DNA of 64,000 nucleotides, taken from an uncultured Candidatus Saccharibacteria bacterium. Lineage in GTDB: Bacteria; Patescibacteriota; Saccharimonadia; Saccharimonadales; Saccharimonadaceae. The notes under the pieces are model-generated. The model had not been told where the DNA came from, searched no databases, and saw only the letters and a program-made list of their open reading frames with translations. The stretch spans positions 7,031-71,030 of the forward strand of contig CAZIEB010000001.1 in assembly GCA_964538665.1 (NCBI GenBank), read 5' to 3'. A program made the translations under genes and the position numbers. This document shows positions 16,057-26,100 of this stretch, in pieces. Positions within the stretch are counted from its first letter, which is position 1; each line of letters begins with the position of its first letter.

Positions 16057-16893
16057 CTAGTCAAGATTGGCTATATATGCTGACCATACGTTGTCATTTA
16101 TCTTTACGGGAGACTTAATCAGTATCATATTCCCAGATTTTTTTAGTATTACGGACTGTGGGCCGTCCGCGGAATTACTCACAAAAAAGACAGTTCCGTC
16201 ATTTGCTTCTGCTCGTGAAACAGCTCCAAATTCCTGTGCGATTTCCTTGATGTCTTCATCTGGGTTGTTCGTGAAACCACTTGGCAACGGTTGTTGACTC
16301 ACGGTAATCTTGACACTTCCTATAGTATCCACAAAAGCAAAAACAGGATTACGATCAGGCGGGCTAACCCTCGTCCATCCTCCGAGTGTTTCAATTGATT
16401 TTCCACTTGGGAGTAGTGTGGAAAATTCGGGAGTTTTGCCCCCTACATCTATCGCCTCCGTCGGCTGGTTGCCAGGCTGTTCATCTGATGATGATTCTTG
16501 ACGTGCATTTATACTGTATAGACCAACACCGACTGCTACTAGTGCAACGAGAAAGACGCTCACTATACGCTTCTTCGACAACATTCTTTTGAGTGTGTTT
16601 TTGGTTGATAAGGCAGGTTTGTGTGGTAGCTTAAGTTGTCGGCCTTTGGGCCACTTGGCTATTACTTTCGGCACATTAACAATGAGGTATTTCGTTGAGC
16701 GCAATACTGAGGTGAGTATCTTATGGACCGTTCCTCCTGCAAGTTCTCGAATCGGGGTCTTATCGTGAACATCTATGAGAGGTTCCTCAAGATTGGTCTC
16801 TGGCGTGAGTATTCCTTGTGATGAACCATAAGACCCCGTATTTTTATTTGGAGTGACAGGCGGATTTTTTAAATGGTTGCGGTATTTCATCAT
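16057..16893 (-). CDS. Hypothetical single-pass membrane protein (last gene of the giant-protein operon)
   Basis: ATGA overlap with the stop of the 2078-aa gene. Central TM IVSVFLVALVAVGVGLY and a C-terminal extracytoplasmic domain. Confidence 0.55.
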   Translation of the reverse strand: MMKYRNHLKNPPVTPNKNTGSYGSSQGILTPETNLEEPLIDVHDKTPIRELAGGTVHKILTSVLRSTKYLIVNVPKVIAKWPKGRQLKLPHKPALSTKNTLKRMLSKKRIVSVFLVALVAVGVGLYSINARQESSSDEQPGNQPTEAIDVGGKTPEFSTLLPSGKSIETLGGWTRVSPPDRNPVFAFVDTIGSVKITVSQQPLPSGFTNNPDEDIKEIAQEFGAVSRAEANDGTVFFVSNSADGPQSVILKKSGNMILIKSPVKINDNVWSAYIANLD

Positions 16894-19800
16894 TGTGAAT
16901 AATAAGGTGTATCAATAGGTTGCTGAAGCCCCCCTGTAAACGTACGTCCGTGCATAAGTCGTTTTGAAGGATCGCCGGTGAACTGAAGTGATAAGCTGTC
17001 TATGGTAGGTCCGCGAGTAACATCATCAGGATACCCATATGCCTGCGAACTATCAACCGATACGTAAAAGAAGAAATATCGTGCACAATTGGTATTTGTG
17101 CCGGCAGCGTTTTTCGGAGTATATACTCCAGGTACACCGAGTGATACATTGCCAAAGAAAGTTTCCTGCCCCCACGTCGTCATGGGGGGCGAAGTACAAT
17201 AGGTCGTTGGGTTGGTCATCGAACGATACCGTAACTGCCAGTTAGCGCCTACAGAATTGTCTATGCCGTTCATGAGCCAAGCGTTTGGATAGACATCAGT
17301 GTCTGTGTCCATCAGCATAGAATAGCGAGCAATTTGCGGCTGTGATATTAATGCGCTTTGTTGGATTTCATTTGCACCTGTATAGGTGACTATGGGTAGC
17401 GGTGGACGAATCGCAATTGTGAAACCAATACCGCTTTGACTGTTCGACATTGTGAAATTGCCTGGTGTTTCTGAAACAGTAGTTAATGTACGCCGCGCGG
17501 AACTTACGCTTGCGCCATTTGTTCCTGAGTCGACATTGGCATGAGTGCCATTTGAGTAATCTGTCGGGTAGCTACTTACCCCTGTGTACATGCTACCAGC
17601 CACGTAAGCGATCCATAAGCTGTCAGTTGCACCCCATGGAGCGGAAACCGTTGGCATTGCTCGTGTTGCGCTCGTGGAGCCAGTGCCAACCGCTACCTCA
17701 ATACCATCATCGATATCGCCATACCATTGATCTTTGGGTATTCGGTATACTTGCGCGGCGGCGCGTTGCGCATTCGATGTAGCGAAGTTGACAGTGGTCC
17801 CGTCACTCCCTGTCGCTACTTTGGCCCAGACTGAGCCGTAGCCGCCGTTGGTTGCACTATTCTGGCTAATCAGCTCGGTCCAGCCACCAGCACCGTCTGG
17901 ATCGGTGACGCTCGGATTACCATTACTATCGTAGCTAAACAGCATGAGCAGAAGGTCTCCTGCTACTGTCGTGCTCGGCATACTCACGTTGTGAGTAGTG
18001 CTATCACTGGTAAAACCAGTACCAGAATTAGTAGTCGTTATGGACGAAACGCTCGGCGTAGTTGTAGTAGAACAACCGCCTCCCACTATGTACGCTTTGC
18101 CGTCATAATACAAAGCGCCAGCACCATACCGATCACCAGCATATTTTTGGTTTGCTTCATACCAAGCTCCTATACCAGTCGGATTATTGCCGCTCGCGAT
18201 TGTTGTATTTGCACTTATAGGCGCTACAAATGTAGTTGGTGTGCAGGTAACGTTACTACTTCTTCCACCCACCAAATACATGTATCCGTTTGATCCGAAT
18301 GCCTCGGCAAAGGCAACAGGGCGAGGGAGGCTCGTTGAGTATGTCCAGCTACCAACTGAGCCATCGGTGCTGTTGATCTGGGCGTACTGGCTGTCCGAGT
18401 GATAGTACGTTCCGTCATAACCTCCAAATAAGTAGAGGTTGTTTCCGTAGGCAGTTACGGCCAATCCACTACGCCCAACGTTGATATTGGGGCTACTCGT
18501 TGTCCATGAAGATGAAATATTGCCACCACTGTTGAGTTGTGGACTCACGTATACATTCGAACATATACCTGAGCTACATGAACCAGCAGTTCCTTCGCCG
18601 CCGACGATATATAGTCGATTATTCCAGCTCGCTGCACCAAACTTTGATCGAGCGTTGGGCAATCCATTTGTTGCAGTAGCCCAACTGGACACATCGCCGG
18701 AGCCATTTGGCGTTGCATAATAAATTTCAGCACGTCGGTCATTGGCGTTATCGCTATGACCGCCGACGTAATACAATGACCCTCCTGCACTTAATAATTT
18801 ACCCCATGCCCGATCAGCGGGTAGCCCAGCTGATGTGTTTGACCAGCTTCCTATATTGCCATTCACGTCGATTTGCGCATAAGATACAGTGTTTACTGCG
18901 TTGGTACAATCTCGTGTACTGACACAACCGCCAGCGACGTATATGCGACCATTGTGTACGACATTGCCGGCCCCAATGCGGTTTGGGTTTGTGGTATAAC
19001 TATTTGCTGCCCCGCTGTACTCTGCAGGTGCTCCACTGACGTTGTTATAGATTTGGAATGTTTGTATTGTATCTGTTCTTGTTGTACAACCGCCAGGACT
19101 ATCACCAATTGTGCATCCGCCAATTACATATGCGAATGAATTTGATACCGTGACGGTCAGTCCCCATCGTTGATTGATTTTGACATCCGACATCGTAAAT
19201 CCTTCTGATACACTACCAAGACTACCGTCACTCACATTAACTTTAATGAATTCAATATCTGCTACCACTCCTGACCCGCCAGCTTCAAAGCCTCCAGCTA
19301 CGTATATATAACCGTTGTACCCGAACGCAGCAGTACGGCGTCGCCCAACCTGCATTTGGTTTGGTGATTCTATCCATCCCGAGCCGCTTACTGCTACAAC
19401 GTTGTTATTGTTATCAAATTTAGCGTAGCGAACAGTTTTCATATCAACGAGGCCAGGAGCAACACCCCCGATGAGATATATATAATTTGCATAGACAGTT
19501 CCGCTCATAATACCTATACCGGTACCGGTCGCACCCGGCACCGTACCAACCTGTTGTTGATTGGAAGTCGAGCAGCTGCTCACAGCGCCATCAAGGGCAA
19601 TATTGCACTTAAATACATTTTGCGTATATGCGGTGCAACCAGCAGAACTCGAGGATGTGCATCCTCCGAAAATATAGAGATTCCCTGGCGTAGAGTCGAT
19701 TGCAGCGGGATTTGCCCGCGCGTAGGCATATGAGTATGAAACATTCGTGGCGCCAATGCCTGTTAACGATTGGGATGTCCAGCCACTTGCACTACCGTCA

Positions 19801-22800
19801 CTATACAGATCGGCGCGGATGATAGAATTAGTGTTCGAAGATCCACTTAATCCGCCGACTAGGTAGACCTGTCCTCGAAATGTAACTGGGCTGGCTGCAG
19901 CAAGACCAGTAGGGAGTACATTTGAGTTAAAGCACCAAGCACCTCCCTGGTATGAGCCCCCCGGGCACGTTGTCGGGCGAATAATTGAACCATCGGTGTC
20001 AATCGCGGAGTATACTACGTCATTACTCGTTGAGCTGCAGGAATTGTTGGTACAGCCTCCGACGATATAAAGATGTCCATTATATATGAAGCTACTAGTC
20101 AGCATATTTCCAACATAAGTTGTTCCTGGTAGATTGCATTGCTCAGGGTCAGATCCCCAACATGGGGTTGATGAATTATTAGCATACGTTTCACCTACGG
20201 TACTGGCATCTCCGTCGCGGTTGATTTTACCGTATCTAATAGCGTCCAGAGTTGCTTCTCCACAATCGCCAGTAGACCCGTTTTGTGACACGCATCCACC
20301 TACTCTATATAGGTGTCCGCGCCAAGATATCAGATTACCCCCGAGCCGTTCATCGAGTGCTGTACCGACAGTATTCCACGTATCCAGGCTGCCATCTGCA
20401 TTTATACTTGCCAGCTGGATGCTACTATGTACCCCTGTACAATATCCGCTTCCATTAACCGCGCTACAGCCGCTACTGATATATAAATAAGCTCCCCATA
20501 CTGCCGCCATAGTACCGCCGCCGGTAAACCTACCAGAAGGCAGAGGGGTAGTCGATATCCAGTTGTTGAGAGATCCATCTGCATTGATTTTGTTGTAATA
20601 GCTAGCAGTTTGCGGTGCTCCGCCGACGCTGTTCGAACCTCCCAGCACATATATTCGATCGTTGTAGATTGCTGCACCGTGTCCATATACATTTGATGGC
20701 AGGGCAGTAGATGATGCCCAAGAACCAAGTGTACCGGTTGGACGAATATCTGCTATTTGAACTGAAGAAACTGGCCCAGACGAAGACCGACCACCTATTA
20801 GGTAGAGCCTATTATTGTATGCTGTTGCGGTAAAATCCGATCGGACTGATGTGAGGTTACTATCTTGATACCAATAAACCCAAGTATTTGGGTCGGTGTT
20901 TGTTGGGTGCCAGAGACGGGGTTCACCGTTTGCGCCGATTTTGGCGATGTAAACTGTGCTTTGCAACGTACCGCTCGCATTTGCGCCACCGATTGCATAC
21001 AAATAGCCGTTGTACGCAACGAGGGAGAAATTAGAACGCTCGGACGGAAGTGCATAATCGCTCGACGAGCACCATCCCGCACACGTTCCTGAGCCAGGAT
21101 TCGCACTTTGTACAGCACCAGTTGTCGTGTTAAATTCTGCCCAACTGACATTTTTCGTGATTTCGGTGCCTGATCCATAAGAAATAAAAATTGCTCCATT
21201 TGCGCCAAAAGAGCCACCTTGGCCACTTGCACCACCTCCACCACCATCACCAGCTCCACTTCGTATCGGGTCGGAGGCATTTCCTGGACTAGTGCCACTT
21301 CCCGCACTATTAGTGACGCTAGAGAGGCCTCCTGCAGTGTAGCTTGATCCACCACCACCACCACCACCTGATGAGTTGGTCGTACTAGATGTCGCACCTC
21401 CACCTCCACCACCGTAGTAGCCGGCTCCACCACCACCACCAGCCGCTCGTGTGGCGTTGACGTTTCCAAGGCCGCCATTTCCTCCGCCTATCAATCCGCC
21501 AAAACCACCACCACCATCTGCACCGGACGAGGCACTTCGACCATCGGCACCCAGACCACCCGTTAATGATGATCCTGACGTACCGGAGTTGTTACCACCT
21601 TGTCCACCACTACCGCCACTGGACTGGGTGCCAGGCCCACCACCGTCACCGTTGTTATTGTATTCAGTATCACCAATAACACCTGTCGTGCCACCACCAG
21701 CTCCACCATCTGCACCAGTTCGGGCAGAGCGTGCACCACCTCCTCCTCCACCACCAGCAGCAATTACAAGGGGCGTACTGCCTCGATAAATACTTGAAAT
21801 TCCACCACCACCACCACCACTACCTGTAGTTGTAGTATTATTTCCACCACCTCCACCACCACCGACATAGATGTCTAATGGTTCACCCGGAGTTACTGGG
21901 ATAACCGCTGTGACATAACCTCCACCTCCACCGTTTCCGCCTGATGCGCCTGATCCACCACCACCTCCACCTCCTCCGGGTCCCCAAACCTTTACGGTGA
22001 TGCTGGTGACACCTGCGGGAACAACAAACGTCTCTGCTCCCTGGGTGTTAAATGCTTGCCCTTGAAACGATCGTCCACCAGCTGAGTAGATATATCCTCC
22101 GGCTGCGGCAACCCCGTTTGCAGACGTTGCTACTGGTAGCGATTGTGTATTCTCCCACTGGTCAAAACGTGCACCGGTGGTAGGTGCTTTTTGGATAAGT
22201 TTTTCATCAACATTGAAGTCAATATTGGTTTCATTGTTCCCGGCCATGAACTCACGCGCACTGGTAACATAAATACTTGGGTCAATCGATAGAGGGAATG
22301 ACGCTTTGCTCAGCCCCGTTGTCACTATCGATAGTTTATTACCGTTCAACTCAAATTTTGAGCGGGCGTACTCTGATTCTTGGCCATTAGACTCAACGAC
22401 TATCGGGCTTGGTATCTTGAACATGAGATCTGTTTTTTGAGCATTCTGACGCATTTTTTCCAGAAGTTTGGCATCTTCATCTGAAGATGCGACAATATTA
22501 CTACTTGTAACGGTGTTGCCATATATTCCTATCCCGCCATCTTTTTCTAACCGAGCTTCTAGTGTATTTCCAATATCTAATACATAGGTAAATGTGGCGG
22601 TGTCTGATTTTGAACTATTCAACAGAATATCTTCTTTTATGCCCGTACTCTGGATTGTATATACCGCCCATCCATCAGAGTCTTTTAGTGGATATACTAT
22701 ACGATTTTCATCCTTTCGCCCGATAAGGTACGCATCAGATGCTTTTAAGGTTAGGTCTACGTTATATACTTTGTCGGATAAGGTAAAACCATCACTAAGC

Positions 22801-23126
22801 TTTGTATTAAACGAGGCTTTAATACCTTGTTGCATTCCATTGACGTCATCAGGAGATTCGTAAGCAAAGGTTTTTGCCTGTTCGTCATATTTGAGTTTAT
22901 TAGCAACCGTTTGGTTAGTTGCAGGTATTAGTGAGGCCGCATTGCCCAGGTCATAAGGTGCTGGCTTGATTAATGGAGTTAAAAAATAGGCTAGATCAGC
23001 AATAATAAGTATCAGTACCAGTAATATACTGTTGATTCTTCGTAAGCGAGTACTAAAAAAAGTGGCACGAGCTGAACTGAGTATACTTTTAATAGTCGGC
23101 AAAACGCGTCGAAAGAAATCTCTCAT
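16890..23126 (-). CDS. Giant (2078 aa) membrane-anchored surface protein: glycine-rich domain, about 17 Kelch-like blades and C-terminal beta-rich domains
   Basis: Uninterrupted 6.2-kb ORF. N-terminal TM ILLVLILIIADLAYFL. Gly-rich block begins FVVPAGVTSITVKVWGPGGGGGGGG. Repeated motifs of the type YNGYLYAIGG, YNNRLYLIGG, YNDRIYVLGG, WNNRLYIVGG and so on. Confidence 0.85.
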   Translation of the reverse strand: MRDFFRRVLPTIKSILSSARATFFSTRLRRINSILLVLILIIADLAYFLTPLIKPAPYDLGNAASLIPATNQTVANKLKYDEQAKTFAYESPDDVNGMQQGIKASFNTKLSDGFTLSDKVYNVDLTLKASDAYLIGRKDENRIVYPLKDSDGWAVYTIQSTGIKEDILLNSSKSDTATFTYVLDIGNTLEARLEKDGGIGIYGNTVTSSNIVASSDEDAKLLEKMRQNAQKTDLMFKIPSPIVVESNGQESEYARSKFELNGNKLSIVTTGLSKASFPLSIDPSIYVTSAREFMAGNNETNIDFNVDEKLIQKAPTTGARFDQWENTQSLPVATSANGVAAAGGYIYSAGGRSFQGQAFNTQGAETFVVPAGVTSITVKVWGPGGGGGGGGSGASGGNGGGGGYVTAVIPVTPGEPLDIYVGGGGGGGNNTTTTGSGGGGGGISSIYRGSTPLVIAAGGGGGGGARSARTGADGGAGGGTTGVIGDTEYNNNGDGGGPGTQSSGGSGGQGGNNSGTSGSSLTGGLGADGRSASSGADGGGGFGGLIGGGNGGLGNVNATRAAGGGGGAGYYGGGGGGATSSTTNSSGGGGGGGSSYTAGGLSSVTNSAGSGTSPGNASDPIRSGAGDGGGGGASGQGGSFGANGAIFISYGSGTEITKNVSWAEFNTTTGAVQSANPGSGTCAGWCSSSDYALPSERSNFSLVAYNGYLYAIGGANASGTLQSTVYIAKIGANGEPRLWHPTNTDPNTWVYWYQDSNLTSVRSDFTATAYNNRLYLIGGRSSSGPVSSVQIADIRPTGTLGSWASSTALPSNVYGHGAAIYNDRIYVLGGSNSVGGAPQTASYYNKINADGSLNNWISTTPLPSGRFTGGGTMAAVWGAYLYISSGCSAVNGSGYCTGVHSSIQLASINADGSLDTWNTVGTALDERLGGNLISWRGHLYRVGGCVSQNGSTGDCGEATLDAIRYGKINRDGDASTVGETYANNSSTPCWGSDPEQCNLPGTTYVGNMLTSSFIYNGHLYIVGGCTNNSCSSTSNDVVYSAIDTDGSIIRPTTCPGGSYQGGAWCFNSNVLPTGLAAASPVTFRGQVYLVGGLSGSSNTNSIIRADLYSDGSASGWTSQSLTGIGATNVSYSYAYARANPAAIDSTPGNLYIFGGCTSSSSAGCTAYTQNVFKCNIALDGAVSSCSTSNQQQVGTVPGATGTGIGIMSGTVYANYIYLIGGVAPGLVDMKTVRYAKFDNNNNVVAVSGSGWIESPNQMQVGRRRTAAFGYNGYIYVAGGFEAGGSGVVADIEFIKVNVSDGSLGSVSEGFTMSDVKINQRWGLTVTVSNSFAYVIGGCTIGDSPGGCTTRTDTIQTFQIYNNVSGAPAEYSGAANSYTTNPNRIGAGNVVHNGRIYVAGGCVSTRDCTNAVNTVSYAQIDVNGNIGSWSNTSAGLPADRAWGKLLSAGGSLYYVGGHSDNANDRRAEIYYATPNGSGDVSSWATATNGLPNARSKFGAASWNNRLYIVGGEGTAGSCSSGICSNVYVSPQLNSGGNISSSWTTSSPNINVGRSGLAVTAYGNNLYLFGGYDGTYYHSDSQYAQINSTDGSVGSWTYSTSLPRPVAFAEAFGSNGYMYLVGGRSSNVTCTPTTFVAPISANTTIASGNNPTGIGAWYEANQKYAGDRYGAGALYYDGKAYIVGGGCSTTTTPSVSSITTTNSGTGFTSDSTTHNVSMPSTTVAGDLLLMLFSYDSNGNPSVTDPDGAGGWTELISQNSATNGGYGSVWAKVATGSDGTTVNFATSNAQRAAAQVYRIPKDQWYGDIDDGIEVAVGTGSTSATRAMPTVSAPWGATDSLWIAYVAGSMYTGVSSYPTDYSNGTHANVDSGTNGASVSSARRTLTTVSETPGNFTMSNSQSGIGFTIAIRPPLPIVTYTGANEIQQSALISQPQIARYSMLMDTDTDVYPNAWLMNGIDNSVGANWQLRYRSMTNPTTYCTSPPMTTWGQETFFGNVSLGVPGVYTPKNAAGTNTNCARYFFFYVSVDSSQAYGYPDDVTRGPTIDSLSLQFTGDPSKRLMHGRTFTGGLQQPIDTPYYSQ
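18200..21050 (-). repeat. Array of about 17 Kelch-like beta-propeller blades (coding; approximate bounds)
   Basis: Recurrent (Y/W/F)-x-(G/N)-x-(L/I/V)-Y-(L/I/V/A)-(I/V/F)-G-G every 50-60 residues, often followed by ...DGS...W. Confidence 0.7.
21150..22010 (-). repeat. Glycine-rich low-complexity coding region with (CCA)n/(GGT)n microsatellites (approximate bounds)
   Basis: The plus strand shows runs such as ccaccaccaccaccaccacc at 21349-21368 and 21802-21820. The translation is poly-Gly interspersed with S/N/T/A. Confidence 0.8.
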
Positions 23127-23135
23127 GCTTTCATT

Positions 23136-26100
23136 TTACCTGTTACTGAAGATAAAGTTCAAGTTACCTATATATGCGTTCGAGTTTTGGCTTGCAGTAA
23201 CATTAATTCGAAACACAATACTGTTGCCTGGAGCAAAGCCACAGGTTGAAGGATCAGCCGTTCCGGTGGCTAAACCTGTTTGCCACGACGCCACGGCACC
23301 TGAAGATACCTGTACGAGCGGACCGCAGGTTGTTAGGCCTGAGGCTTGATCATTTTTATACACCTGGTATTCCACGGTTGAGTTAGCACTGTCTGTCAGC
23401 CCCATAATGGAAGTGGTACCTGATTCGAAGGTCTTAAAGGTTGCTGGTAATTGATAGGTAACATACACGCTATATGTTTGAGCGCTTGGTTGAGGGGATG
23501 ACCAACGATAAAAATTGTAGGTTTCATTTGTACCGCATACGTCAGGTTGGCCAGATGTGCCGTCATTTATATTTAACGTATCTGAACAAAGATCCGAGAC
23601 CATTGTTCCTATACCGGTGCCATGTAGCACCGCGTTTGTAAATTCTGGTGCAATAGTTACGACGGTATTTGGACTTGAGCCACAGGCTCCCCAACCATCT
23701 GCCTCATAGCACTGTAACTTACCAAGCGTCGTATCATAATACATCGAGCCTAATAGTGCATCGTTGTTTATAGCAATCGGAGCAGATGCTGCTTTGTCTA
23801 GTGTGAGCAGTGTAGTAGGGCCACCATTCTCTCCACCCCCGATTTGTACGTTCGGAGCGGTGTTGGTGGTTAAGGTCATCGTGAATGCATCGACATTGAA
23901 CGTACGGGCTGCCGAAGCTTCTCCAACAAAATATACATGGGGATTAGTTGCAACCGTGGCATCTGTTTGTATAAAACAAGTTACTTTCGTCCACTGAGAT
24001 GTTGATATTGATCTGGTGTTGTAGTCGACGCAGTCAATATAGTTGCCTCCCGCCGTCGTACTGCCATCTCGAGAATAGCGGATCTTAAAGTCATTGAATG
24101 TGCCTGATGCTACCTTAGCGTAGGCGGTGATACGATACAGCGTGCTAGGCAGCGGGTTCAAAGATAGTTTATTACGAATACCAGCGTTTGCCGCACCTGC
24201 AGAAATTGAAACTCTGGCGCTATCACTTGCATCTTCACCATCGGTAGTACTACGAGTGACAGAGCCTGTCCCTAACCCTGCGTAGAGCCAGTTGGTTGCG
24301 AAGTTATCACCATCTAAGACGCTACCGTCCGTCGCGTAATTAAAATCTGCGGCTATCGTAATACTGAGATTATCAATAAAGAATGTACGAGCTGTGCCTG
24401 CAGACGCTTGTCGTATCATCAATGAGTTATTTGCAGTAATTCCACCTGAAGGTGCTGTGAATGAACAATTTATCTTTGTCCATATGCTCGTTATAGCTGC
24501 CTTAGCAGTTGCGCATTGGGCATTTGCACTTGTTCCGTCAGCTGAATAGTAGACTTCCATATCGGTAAACGTGCCTGATGCCAAACGAGTCGTGAATGAC
24601 ACATTGTACATCATGTTAGGGGATAACTGCGCTTTTAAGCGGTTCGCTACGCCACTATTGATAGAAGTAGATGTAGCAACCGATACCGATCCTTGACCTG
24701 TTGCGATAAAGTTACCAGGGGTCGTGTATCGAGTTACCGATGCACCTGATAAAGCCGACCATGTATTAGCTGGGAACGTGGTTGATGAAGTCCCCGCCGT
24801 TTCTGCGCCGCCGTTTGAAACATACTCCGTAACATTACTATTGACAGAGAGCAAGCCGGCTGCGGAGGAGCTTTGTACGCTCAATAAAGTCCCGTTAACC
24901 GGATCGATAGAACTGTCACGGATAGTCAGACCGTTGGTTGCAGAGGTTTTACTAACGACTAATTCGGCCCCACCAGCACTCTGCAACGTGTTGTCGTAGG
25001 CCGCTTGTAATGTCGTAGAGCTAGAAGCGCCTGATACGGTCCATGCCGATCCATTCCAGACCATCGTGGCGCTACTGTTTTTGCGCATCGCAACAAGATT
25101 TCCTTGTCCACCGCCATTGATTGACAGCTGGAAGTCCTTCGTGGCGTTTGATGCAGTGATATAGACAATTCGTCCTGCTGTAGTGATAGTCGGGTTTGGC
25201 ATAAACGCTGTTTGACCATCATTGGTAAAGCCTACAATTACTGAACCGTTGTTGTTGACCGAGCTTTGTTGAATAGTACAGTTGCTTGTAGTTGTGGTCT
25301 CGGCGCCCCCCGGGAAACAACTCGCATCATTACCAATGGTCTGATAGGCAGCAGTTCCCAATATGACAAGTCCGTTTGATACATTACCTGAGCCTCCAGA
25401 AAGTGTTAGATTACCACCATATTGAGCGCTACCCCCTGCGTTACCACCTTGTACGCTCACATTACCGCCGTTGCCGGTACCATTGCCTGATGCGCCTTGA
25501 ATACTAAGGGCACTACCTTGAGTGTCTGCGCTCGTTTGCGAGGCAGCTTGTAGCGTTGTAGGACTGCTAGCAACTCCGAGCGTTATTTGTGTGGCGCTGA
25601 GGACTAATGAAGCGCTCCCACTTGAGTTGCCTATTGTAACGCCGGTTGCATTTGTTAATCCTATACTAAGGTTTGCACCAGTAGCCGTGTCAATAACTGG
25701 TGTGAGCAAGCCGCTATCAACTCGTGCAGTGCCGCCAATCCAAAAGTTCGCCGCGGTTTGGACGCTTGCGTTTTGATTTTGGATGAAGTCTCCAGCTGTT
25801 TTTCCGCCTAGTTGTAGCGCATTCATCGCGTAAGGCACAGCAGACAATCGTTTCATCGGGACCATTTCACCATCGCCGCCACAGCTACTAAACGGCGTAC
25901 AGCTGACATTGGTATTCCCGATATTCATGCTGAGCCAAAGGGTGTCTTGGTTCCAGTCAATACTGCTGCCAAATGCAGTGACCGAACCAAGTTCGACGGA
26001 CATAAATCCATTGCGCACTAACACGCCCTGAGAGGCGGAATTTATATGATCTTCGGTCCATAGGAGGGTGCCGCCTGGGTTGCCAACGGCGGTACCGGTG

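Noticed and set aside
16053-16059. Convergent genes 15510..16055 and 16057..16893 separated by 1 nt as a possible mis-assembly or gene fusion
   Set aside because: Both ORFs end in clean stop codons (TAA and TAG) on opposite strands. Tight convergent packing is consistent with the rest of this compact window.
20798-21797. Long ORFs on both strands inside the Gly-rich region (for example 21451..21789 plus strand, Pro-rich, 112 aa; 20798..21478 minus strand, 226 aa; 21563..21763)
   Set aside because: They are shadow frames of the (GGN)n coding repeat of the 2078-aa gene. They have low-complexity Pro/Val/Glu products, no start context, and are fully nested in a much longer continuous ORF.
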